Part shown: in pieces, positions 53,969-64,000 of the stretch
Layout of the letters: each line of letters begins with the position of its first letter
Numbering within the stretch: the first letter of the stretch is position 1
Assembly (NCBI RefSeq): GCF_018350175.1
Contig: NC_058368.1
Coordinates: forward strand, 119,166,001 to 119,230,000
DNA length: 64,000 nt
Direction: 5' to 3'
Source: Felis catus
Lineage: Eukaryota
Program-made: the position numbers and the translations under genes
Notes under the pieces: model-generated
The model's input: only the letters and a program-made list of their open reading frames with translations
Databases searched by the model: none
Told to the model about the DNA's origin: nothing

Positions 53969-54165
53969 AATCTAAAGCAGGCTTTGCACTGTCAACACAG
54001 AGCCCAATATGGGCTCAAACTCATGACCTGTGAGATCATGACCTGAGCTGAAATCAAGAGTTGGATGCCTGACTGAGCCACCCACATGGCCCTCTTTTAA
54101 AATCCTTGTATAACCAAGTATCGTGCAAATACAGTTTCTACATGGAAAACAACAACAAAAAGCAA
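53213..54165 (+). pseudogene. KIF22: 5'-truncated processed pseudogene of kinesin KIF22 (KID)
   Basis: Translations [71 protein letters not shown] and ASILGLAVCHRCGPS* (stop ends 53800) match the KIF22 C-terminus; no introns; 3'UTR-like ttgtataacc..gcaaatacagttt and A-rich tail; stops and frameshifts. Confidence 0.93.
53833..54092 (-). mobile_element. CAN-SINE inserted in the KIF22 retrocopy 3'UTR
   Basis: SINE with long (GA)n splits the UTR. Confidence 0.93.
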
Positions 54166-54624
54166 CACTTCTATCATAATATCATTAGATTCTAGAGATC
54201 TAGCCTTGAAAAGAGCAGGTATTCTGGCTAAGGAGACAGGTTGCATGTGGGGAGTGTGCAGAGCAGTAACAGAATCATTATAGCAGTTGCCTAGTGTTCT
54301 ATTTGCTCGAATGTTTTTCCAGGCACAGCAGTATTCCGATATCCCTACCTGAAACCCCGTTGGTCTCCAGTATATAGGGACTGATCAAAAATCAAATCTT
54401 TCCTTTTTGAGACAATGGGCTCAGTTTGGCACCCCTACTGCCATACTCCTTATAATCCCTCAACATCGCCTTGCCAGGGCTCTCATCCCCAGCTGGTCAC
54501 AGGCACCACTCTTCCATGCCTCCGCTCCAGGTTTCCTTTGACTCAGTGCTCTTCCTTAAACACAAAGCCCTCAACCAGTGGGCTCTGTAAGATCCCAATG
54601 GGGTTTTAGTTAGAACCCCTTACT

Positions 54625-54995
54625 ACACAAGTGTGTGTGGCTTGTGGACCAGCAGCACTGGCATCACCTGGGAGCTTGTTAGAAATGAAGAATCTTGGGG
54701 CACCTGGGTGGCTCAGTTGGTTGAGTGTCTGACTTCAGCTCAGGTCATGATCTCACTGTTTGTGTGGGCTCTGTGCTGAAGGCTCAGAGTCTAGAGCCTG
54801 CTTCGGATTCCATCTCTCCCTCTCTCTCTGCCCCTTCCCTCTCTCATTCTCAGTTTCTCTCTCTCAAAAATAAATAAACATTAAAAAAAGAAAGAAATGA
54901 AGAATCTCTAGCCCCAAGCAGAACTAATGAATCAGAACCCACTTTTAAAGAAGATTTCTTGGTGATTTACATGCATATTAATGTTTCAGAAGAAC
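54625..54995. mobile_element. MER5A split by a CAN-SINE (54697-54893)
   Basis: ggaccagcagcactggcatcacctgggagcttgttagaaatg; SINE TSD agaaatgaagaatct. Confidence 0.88.
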
Positions 54996-55093
54996 AACTG
55001 CAAAGTGTACCTCACTTGAGAAGGTCAGGATCCATCCTCAAGGAACATAGGATCCATGGTAGGATTGAGATGTACCCATAAGAGAAAGGAGAC

Positions 55094-55197
55094 GGGGTGC
55101 TGGGCTGGCTCAGTTGATGAAGCATGGGACTCTTGACCTTGAGGTTGTGAGTTCAAGCCCAAGTTGGGTGTAGAGATTACTTAAAATCTTAAAAATA
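55094..55197 (+). mobile_element. Short tRNA-derived carnivore SINE
   Basis: A-box tggctcagttg, B-box gagttcaagcc, tail gtagagattacttaaaatcttaaaa; TSD agagaa(a/g)ggaga. Confidence 0.85.
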
Positions 55198-56733
55198 GAG
55201 AGAGAAGGGAGATTCCTCCCATGGCCTGTTTGAAGGCATACTCATTATAAATGGGGTACCCCACTTACAATGAGGAAACCACAGGCAGTCCTGGATTTAA
55301 ACTTAAGTTCTAATAATGCTCAGGGTGCATCTGTTCTGTTCACCGCCTCCTTGTAAAGATCTCAGGAAAAGCAGGAGAATATTTAACACTCAACCCTAGC
55401 CTTTTTATAGATCACTTCTAGCTTGGTGCTAACATACCCTTTCTTTGATTACAATAAACACAAAGAAATGAATAGGATTTGAATCCCATGACATAAGAAG
55501 AACTCACATGAAGAGCAGAAGCATGGGTTAACAACAACGCATCCTTTCTCAGGGTTTTACCGTCTTTGTTCTGAAGACAGCAGCACCCACCAATAACCAA
55601 ACCTCCTCATGTTCTTTAGAACTTCAATGACTGACGGAGTGCTCTAGGATAATTCTCTGGGCTTGTACTTACAGATGGACAGGAGAGACTGTTACTACTA
55701 TTGCCAGTTGGACAGTGAATAAAGGAGGTCCAGGGAGTTATCTGCCAACACATATGGTGGTGAGGCACTGAACCGGAGCTGGTCTGAACTCTGGTTCATG
55801 AGCAGTGATCACAGCTGCACACACATATAGAGCACCTAGAGCCAGATGCTGAGCTGTGCCCTTCACACACACTCTTCCACTTCATCCCCTCCCCTAGCCT
55901 TGCAATACTATGAACTTGGCACTTTCTTGCATTTGAAGAAAAAGACCTAGAGTCGAGTCAGTAAGCAGTCCAGGTGGGACACAGAGGGGCCAACTCCAAA
56001 AGTCAGGCCCTTAGTTATTATGAAATAACTTTCTCCATCCAACATTCAGGCAAGGGGGACAGGCACTACCCTGAGTGCTTGAAAATTATAAGGCAAAATG
56101 ATCTCAAAAAGAACTTTTTAGATGAGAAAATGTCTAACCAACAATAAGAAACAGCCTATTCTCTTTCTCAATCCCTCCCCTCCACTAGTGAAAAGAAAAG
56201 GTCTACTCTGTTGTGTGTGTGTGTGTCGCTATGAAGCAGAAGAGACAAGACAGCAAGAGGCAGGTAGGGGGGGATGCCTCATAGGTTTGTCTCGGATGAG
56301 ACTAATAGCACCGGCAGATGCTATTAGAACACAGATAATAATTTAATAATAATTTAGATGCATTGCCTTTTCCTTGAGTGTTTACCATGTGGCAGACACT
56401 GTGCTAAACACTTTATGTGTATCAGCTCATTTAATTCCTCTTACCGCACATAAGGCAGGCATAAATGTCCGCATTTGGCAGCTGAGAAAACTGAGGGTCA
56501 GAGAGGTTGAGAATCCTGTTCAAAGTTGCACGGCTGCCTTAAATTGAACACAGATGTGTCTGACTCCACAGCAGAGGCTCATATGCATTAGGGGACAGAT
56601 GTCTAGAGTCCAGTTATGAAGATGGTGGTACTGGACTTATCCACCACATCTTAGGGTAGATAAAATAAAACCAGCAGACCCAAAACTTCTAAATAAAAAG
56701 AGCCATGGGGTTCCCTAGCTTCACTGATTCCGA

Positions 56734-56883
56734 CCAGTGGTTTTCAAACTTAACCTTGCTTCAGAATCACTGGGAGGGCTTGCTAAAACACACATTGTTG
56801 TGGGGCACCTGTGTAGCTCAGTTGTTTAAACGTCTTGATTTTGGCTCAGGTCATGAGCTCACGGTTCATGGGGTCGAGCCCCA

Positions 56884-56915
<32 letters not shown>

Positions 56916-57045
56916 AAAATAAATATTAAAAAAAAAAACCCGAAACAACAAAAACCCAACATGTTGCTGCCTTCCTCCCAACCCCGTCACGGCGAGTTAT
57001 GATTATGTAGTTTGGTGTGTGGCCTGGGAAGTTACATTTCTAACA
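56734..57045. mobile_element. MER5 split by a truncated CAN-SINE (56802-56938)
   Basis: cagtggttttcaaactt...cagaatcactgggagggcttgctaaaacaca. Confidence 0.8.
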
Positions 57046-57126
57046 GGGGCCCAGGAATATCTACCTAATTTGTGGGACCCAGAGCAAAATGAACATTCAG
57101 AGATACTTATTCAAAAACTACCTCTA

Positions 57127-57350
57127 GGGCGTCTTGTGGCTAAGTCAGTTGAGCGTCCAACTTCAGTTCAGGTCCTGATTTCATGGCTCCTGAGTTCAAG
57201 CCCTGAAATCTGTGCTGACAGCGACAGAGCCTGCTTCGGATATTCTGTCTTCCTCTCTCTCTGCCCTTCCCCCACTAGCTCCCTCTCTCTCTCTCAAAAA
57301 TAAATAAACATTAAAAAAACATTAACATTAAAAAAATAAACATTACAAAA
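57127..57350 (+). mobile_element. CAN-SINE
   Basis: Typical body; TSD caaaaa(c)ctacct. Confidence 0.92.
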
Positions 57351-58430
57351 ACCTACCTTTAAATAAGGTACTAAAAGATAAAACATTTCCTTTCTTTCAC
57401 TGTCTCTCTCAACTAATCACAGTACTGTTTATTTGCTATTTTATGTTCTTAGTCAAGAAAGGGTAAAAGAGTAAATAATTAGCTTGAATTTACTATTCAT
57501 TGGTGATTGCACAATGACAATTTTAAAGACCATTTAACTCATTTGTGAATTCACTGAAATTATGCAATTCTTCTCGGTATCCTGTCTACTGTTCTTACCA
57601 GGAGAGTGGAATTCCCACACAAAACTAATCGAAGTGTCTTTATCTGACTCCTTGACATGCACACATGCTGTCAACTCTCCTATTTTTGACTTCCTGAGGA
57701 GTAAGGAAGTATGGAGAGGATCAGGAACCATGGGTGGCTCTATCTGTCCCTTTCCTTCTGAGGGTCAGGATCTACATACATAGTGTTCCAAGGGGTGTGC
57801 TTTTAGAATTGTTTTTTTCTGGGTTCAAAGAGAGCTCGGGTTCAAATGGAAATTGTGACCAATCTGTGCTCTCAGTGCCCCCCCAACTCCTCCCCCAGTT
57901 GATACAGTTGTAGATATAACATGCTTACCATATACTGGCTGTGAATCTCACCAAACTCCTATGCTCTGAGTCTCCTGGAATTCTGTGCTCGTGGGGCACT
58001 ATGAATGCCATCTGTGAACGTACCAACACAACTTGCATGTCTCTCCACTGCTTGTACTCATGCGTTAATGTCCTATTATCTTGGCTTTACTTACTTTATA
58101 GACCTTACATACTAAATGAACTTTACTTACAAAAATAAATTAGGAATTTTAAGACAGTGAGAGTACTAAGGGCTCAGGTCCAAGTGGTAATGATGCTGCT
58201 GGTCTGGGGGCCACATTCTAAGAACCCCTTACTCAGATAATTTCTATAGTTTTCCCTGTCACTTTGATGGTGTATACTCAAGAACAGGCAAAATTTTGCT
58301 TCTTATCCCAACAAAGGCTTTCACGACTTTTTCAAAAGAATTGGATTACTTCCCAAACAAATGCCTCTTACAAAGTAATATTTTAATGAACTAAAGGGCA
58401 AGAAAATAGGAAACATCCAAATTGAAAAAA

Positions 58431-58484
58431 TATTTTGAGAGAGAGAGAGCATGTATGCATGTGTGTGCATGAGAGTGGGGGAGC

Positions 58485-58544
<60 letters not shown>

Positions 58545-58667
58545 CCCAAGCAGGTTCCACGCTGTCAGCGCAGAGCCGGATGCGGGGCTCTATCCATGAA
58601 CCGTGAGATGATGACCTGAGCTGAAACTAAGAGTCAGATGCTTAACTGACTGAGCCCCAGGCACCCC
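58431..58667 (-). mobile_element. CAN-SINE with expanded (GA)n
   Basis: Typical body; flanking aaattgaa repeat. Confidence 0.93.
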
Positions 58668-59825
58668 TCAAAATTGAATTTGTTGATAAATATATAAGGT
58701 TTTCCAAAAGTGAAGCCCTGATGAAAACTTTGAATCCTATTTTACTGAATCAAAAGTTTGGGGAAAATACTCTAAGACACTCGGGTGGACTCAGGGTGCC
58801 CGAAGCATTTCCTATTTCTAGAATTTCATGTTGGCGTGTTAGCTCCTGTCCTGGGCTTATTCCACCAAAGTGTATAGGATTTCAACACACATTAGAGAGG
58901 CCATTTCCAGAGTCAGAATTCCTCTTATTTCTCATTAATTTTGACTTACGTTTTTAGGTTAGTATAATTAATTCAAGCTATTTCGGTCTTCTTAGCAAGG
59001 AAGAATTTCCCTTTTCCTCACGCCACATTTAGTTTTTCTTCGCTGGTATGATCCAAGGATAAAATTTCCAAATTCCAAAGTGAATTCCCTCAATTCTGAA
59101 GCCTATCCCTTCACTTTGACAGAACACTATTTTCACTCCCAGCAAATGTTTACATTTATTTCAGATGTGCGTAGGTAGGGTTTGTTTGCAAATGAGCTCA
59201 CCAGTGAAGCTGGCTCTCTGAAGGTGCAAAGAACTTTCCCCAATCCTCACAACTACTGTGTGGATGCCTGGGTACATCACACTTCTTTCTGACACTGTCA
59301 TTTGTCCAGATAAGGATGGGAGAGATCTATTTAGGGCTTTTCACTTGTCTTAAGTGTATAGGTGTGAACCCTTAGGAAACTTACTCTTGACCAAGTTGTT
59401 TTCTCTTCTCTGACAAAATTATTTTCCTACTTCTGCATCTGCGTTTTGGTTTTTGTCTGATTTTGTTAACACACTGCTTTAGTCTATTTTCCTACACTGC
59501 TTCTTTAAACTGTTAGGACCTCAGAACGAAGAAAAGACATGGTTTCTCTGTCTGAAATCGTGAATAAGGATTATGGCTTGCATTATCGTGGGACTTTTAT
59601 TATTCTTGAGTGGTTAGGAGTTGACCTGAACTCGGAGGGCACAAGCAGCTTTGCCTCTAAGTTTGTGTGGCCTTGGGTAATGTGTGTCATCTCTAAGCCT
59701 CAGTTTTGTTAAAAAAAAAAAAACACAACACCATCACTTACCTTAGAACATATGTTCTCAAACAGTGGATACATATTAAAATGCAGATTCCAGGCCTCAC
59801 CCTTGGAGTCTGATTAAGTCAGTAT

Positions 59826-61715
59826 GCCAGAGACATTTACTGTTCACTAAGGCAAGTGCTGTTTGCCGTTTGGCAAAGTCAATGGGCTGGGGGCAGAAGT
59901 CACATGCGTCGCTACTTGGCCAAAGCATTTTGGAGCTGGTGCATGGCCATCTCAGCTCCCTCGTCCCTTTGTCAGGTGACCCTCAAGTCACGTGTCCCAG
60001 TTGTATACCTACATGATGGAACCAACGCAGCCCTGAATCAATGCTTGGAACAGAGAGGAACTACAGAGTCCCTAGTACCATGATAGACTTCAAATAAAAT
60101 ATTTGGAGGTGGGCTTGCTTCTGCAGCATCAACTATCTTATGACAAGTATAGAATTTGACACCCAAAGTGGGGTGCTGCTCTCACAAAACCCTAAAGTAT
60201 GCAGAATGGCTCAGTAGCCAGGTGGCAAGCAAGGGGGAAACTAATAATAAGGGAGTTAGAAATGTGAGATTATGTTACTCCATGGCAAAAACACTTGTCA
60301 AACTGTCACCCATGATAACTTGGTAGGGAGATCACATGAGCCCTTAGTTGGCAGCTCTGGGGGGAGTGATTTACAAAACAGAATACCAATAAGTGTTTAC
60401 TGTTCACTGGTGGCTGCAACCAGCAAACTGCTATAAGAGACATAGAAAGAAAAAAAAAGAGATAAAGACTCTAGAATGAATTGGCAGAAATGAACGGCAA
60501 GAGAGCCCAGAAATGTGATGCCTTGAAAGATTGGAAAACCCACTGTATCCAGACCACAAACTGTGAGAAAGAGGATATAAAAAGGCTGTGAATAACCAAG
60601 TTCCAGAAACACAGATGATCCAAATGACTCAGGGCAAAGATCAAATTTAGTGTGGGGCCATTCAGCTGGAAGGAACCAACAAAGAAATAAGGCGTTTTTG
60701 AGAACCATGTCTCAAACAAGATGTGTGGATGGGGTTCTTGGCATAGAGGACCGACTGCAAACAAATATATTAGAATTCTACTCAAACTTTGAAGAAGTTA
60801 TTCTCGTCTAAAAGTCAAGAGACCTAAAATGACCCTTAGCCCTCAAACTTCCTTGATTAGAAAGTTCTCAAGGAGGGCATACACCACAATATCCATTTTA
60901 GATGCTGCAAAGGAAAGTCAAGCAAGACTAAGAACTTCCCAGGGGGTAGATCCAGGTGCTTCAGAGAAGAGCAGACAAGAGACTTCCTCTCTCTTCCCAG
61001 AGAACAACATTAGGGACTAGTCAAGAAACTCCTGCACATGAGTGTAGGGGGCCACCATACCCATTCCCAAGCAGATTTCAGGGCTGTAACCAACCAATGA
61101 TTGTGGTGTGTCTCCCTTTGTTCCCTTTTGCAAATGGAAGTGCCAGTTGCAGTTAACATGTCCCTGTTCCATCATTCTATACTGGGGACATCTGTCAGGG
61201 GAGTGGCAGATAACTTGCCTTTTTAACTCACAGTTCTCCAAAGAGGAGTCATATCGGGACCAGGTAGTGACTATTGACCATCATCCAGAAATCCTAGACT
61301 TAGAGCTCAATACATCTACTGGAGGGGACTTTGGGTTATCTTTCTTAGGGAGGGATTGAACATGTTAACTGTGTAGGAGAAGGGAGCAAAGGATGGAAAG
61401 CGCCATAGATGTTTATTGTCCATTCTATGTTCTTGCGTATCCTTGCATTTCCCAGCACCTTTCAGGAGGGTGGATCTCTGTACAAGCAATGGAGTATCAG
61501 GCCAAGAATGGTAGAGTGGTGTGAATTCTCCATGCTCCCTTATTAAGATAATGGAACCGGAAAATTATCAGCTGATTGGATGCTGGGTCACTACTTGAGA
61601 ATAAGTACTATGGAGAACCATCAAACCTGCAACCAACTTTATATCAGAGGGAAATAAACATTGGTTTTGTCAAGTTATTGAGATTTTGGGGTCAACACAG
61701 CCTATCCAAATCAAT
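59826..61715 (+). mobile_element. ERVL-MaLR provirus (MLT1-type LTR-internal-LTR)
   Basis: Internal start gaatttgacacccaaagtggggtgctgc at ~60152; LTR-like ends (aaataaacattggttttgtcaagttattgagattttgggg); flanked by two halves of a MER5. Confidence 0.75.
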
Positions 61716-63310
61716 ATGGCAGATTTGGGATAGGGTACAGGAATCTGCATTTTTAACGAGCATCCCAGATAATTCTAACATAGACGGCAGAGAGACTTGA
61801 TTTTAACAAACACTTCCTTTGATGATTGCCATTAGCTAAATTGTCTATCAAGACCTTAGAAGAGAGGATAAAATTAAAATTTATTTTAATCCTGGCTTGC
61901 AATGAGTGCATGCATTCTTAGAATATTCATTATATTTTTTGCTTTCATGCATGATGATTGTAGTTTAAGTGGAAACATGACCTGCTGTTTAGGCTACTAG
62001 TGTAAACAACAGCCCTGTCATGAGGGTCATACAATGACAATACCAGTGTCTGGGGGCATACCCTCAATGCACCCCCAGAAGTCTGTGTTTCCCAGGCCCC
62101 ATTGCCTCAGCTGTCTTCTAGACTGGAGGGCACAAAGAGCTCAGACCTATCCACTTCCTTCCAGCCTAATTCACCCCCTGAAAGAAGTCAGTTTTGTTCC
62201 TGAGCAGAAACAATCACTCATGCTTTATCCCCTAATACTGGCTCTTGCCAATTTGTAACCCATGTATACTCTGAAATGGGGGAGAATAGAGCATCTCCAT
62301 GGTCCCTTCCAGAGTTTGTTCCAGCTGGCTCAGATGGATCTCCTTACTTCTGGGTCTACTCCATCTGTAGTTAAAGATCATTCTTTGAGTGTCTCTTTGA
62401 TCCTAGCAGCTGAAAACTTAGTTTTGATTACCTGTACTACTATATACTCTCTGGGAAATTTTGGATGAGCCCCCTCCTCCCTCCTGTTTATTCTCTGTGC
62501 ATGGTGCATAGTAAGTGATCAATGAACTTACTTACTAGCATCATACTGTATCGTTCTCAATCTAATGTTGAATTTTAGCCTTTTCGTGCCGTGCCTAAAG
62601 TACTGAAGCTGCTCAATTTGAAGTCACTGCCAAAGCTTCTGCCTCTCAAGGATATGAGGGAAAGCTTTCCCAAATACTTTATACTACTCCATAACCAAGG
62701 GTTCATTTACAAGGAATTGCACAAATCTTTATTTTTTTTAAATTAAGCATGGATACTGGGTTTGGTAGTAGTTGCAAGGGACTAAGTTAGATGAGCCTTC
62801 TCAGAATGTGGCGGGGGCGGGGGCGGGGGGGGGGGAACACCAAACCTTATAAAGTACATTCTTCCCATCAAAATTATTGACAAATTAGCTTGAAAAATGG
62901 CCAGCTTACTCTGGGTTCTGGAGATGCAGGGCAGGTGAAATGGCTCTATCTCGAGTTTGCATAGAGGCTGTGCATTTCTCTCTTGAGCATGCATTTGGGG
63001 AGTGCCTACATTAGAGGCATTTTTGTGAAGGAGAGGGCCTTCAGTGTTATTTAGCCTACCCACCTACAAGATGAAATCTATTTTGTCAATAGGGTGTCTA
63101 CTCTTTTGTGAGTCATTTCCACCTGTTAGAGAGCTTTTAAACGTATCGAACCTAAACATGCCTCACTGTAACTTCTACCCATCACTTGAGTCTTGCACCT
63201 GCCTCAGCTCTAGCATCTCACTCAGGAAATTATAACCTGTCCTTAGCAAATGTTAAGGGCAGCCCCAACAAACCATTCCCTTGAGGGGTGCTACAGTCCC
63301 TACATGGGCC

Positions 63311-63343
63311 TTTTTCTTTTTTCTTTTTTCTCACTTATTCATC

Positions 63344-63384
<41 letters not shown>

Positions 63385-63534
63385 TGGGGAGGGGCAGAGA
63401 GAGAGGGAGACACAGAATATGAAGCAGGTTCCAGGCTCTGAGCTGTCAACACAGAGCTCAAACCCACAAACTGTGAGATCACTACCTGAGCTGAAGTTGG
63501 ATGGTCAACTGACTGAACCACCCAGGCACCCCCC
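63311..63534 (-). mobile_element. CAN-SINE
   Basis: Typical body; TSD tgggcc(c)tttt. Confidence 0.93.
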
Positions 63535-64000
63535 TGGGCCCTTTTCAAACCTGTATTCTGATCATTCAAACAGTCCAGCAGCCAGGACAGAATTTCATAA
63601 TAGCCAATCTCCTTTACTTGCTTTCTTTGGTCAATGTAAAAAGGATTTGTGCCTTAAAGAAACATTACTTAAAATTGCTCCTCTCCCCTTGCCTACTGCA
63701 GCTGCTTTGGAACCTTGTTCTTCCTAAATACATACATACATACATACACAAAAGAGAGCAAAACAGACAGACAAAAAGAACTCTTCTTGGGGGTGCTCAA
63801 GTAAGTAAATCAACAAATAAGCAAAGCAAAAGTTTATTTAAAATAGTATCTAAAATAAAAATAGAATTTATAAAGTGTTCCTATTTATGTAAAAGTGTAA
63901 GAATTACTAAAAAAAAGTCCCATAACTAAGAAAAAACAAAACCACTCATTCCTCAACCCTGTCCTGAGTGTATCTTTTCACCTTTTTTGCTTACTTTCCT

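Noticed and set aside
55094..55170. Possible tRNA gene
   Set aside because: A tRNA-derived SINE head with SINE tail and TSD; no intact cloverleaf evident.
1..64000. CRISPR arrays, prokaryotic operons or endogenous non-retroviral virus elements
   Set aside because: The sequence is mammalian; I saw no regularly spaced repeat-spacer arrays and no recognisable viral protein motifs.

Overview
This is mammalian DNA, almost certainly felid: it carries about 26 carnivore CAN-SINEs, three of them near-consensus SINEC_Fc copies, plus felid-type L1 3' ends. The window is repeat-rich, has no CpG island, and contains no intact protein-coding gene I can support. Most track ORFs come from SINEs, L1 or microsatellites, or are chance. 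Gene-like content: (1) a 5'-truncated KIF22 processed pseudogene at ~53.2-54.2 kb (+). (2) A heavily decayed ~1.6 kb minus-strand relic at ~38.2-39.85 kb that reads as signal peptide, leucine-rich repeats, LRR C-cap, TM helix and PPxY tail, and matches no gene I recognise; this is the best novelty candidate. (3) Weakly exon-like minus-strand blocks at 46-49.6 kb. Also notable are an L1MA insertion with both a twin-priming inversion and a 3' transduction, a MaLR provirus nested in MER5, and a candidate IRF/ETS/NF-kB enhancer. Repeat subfamily names and boundaries are by eye and approximate.
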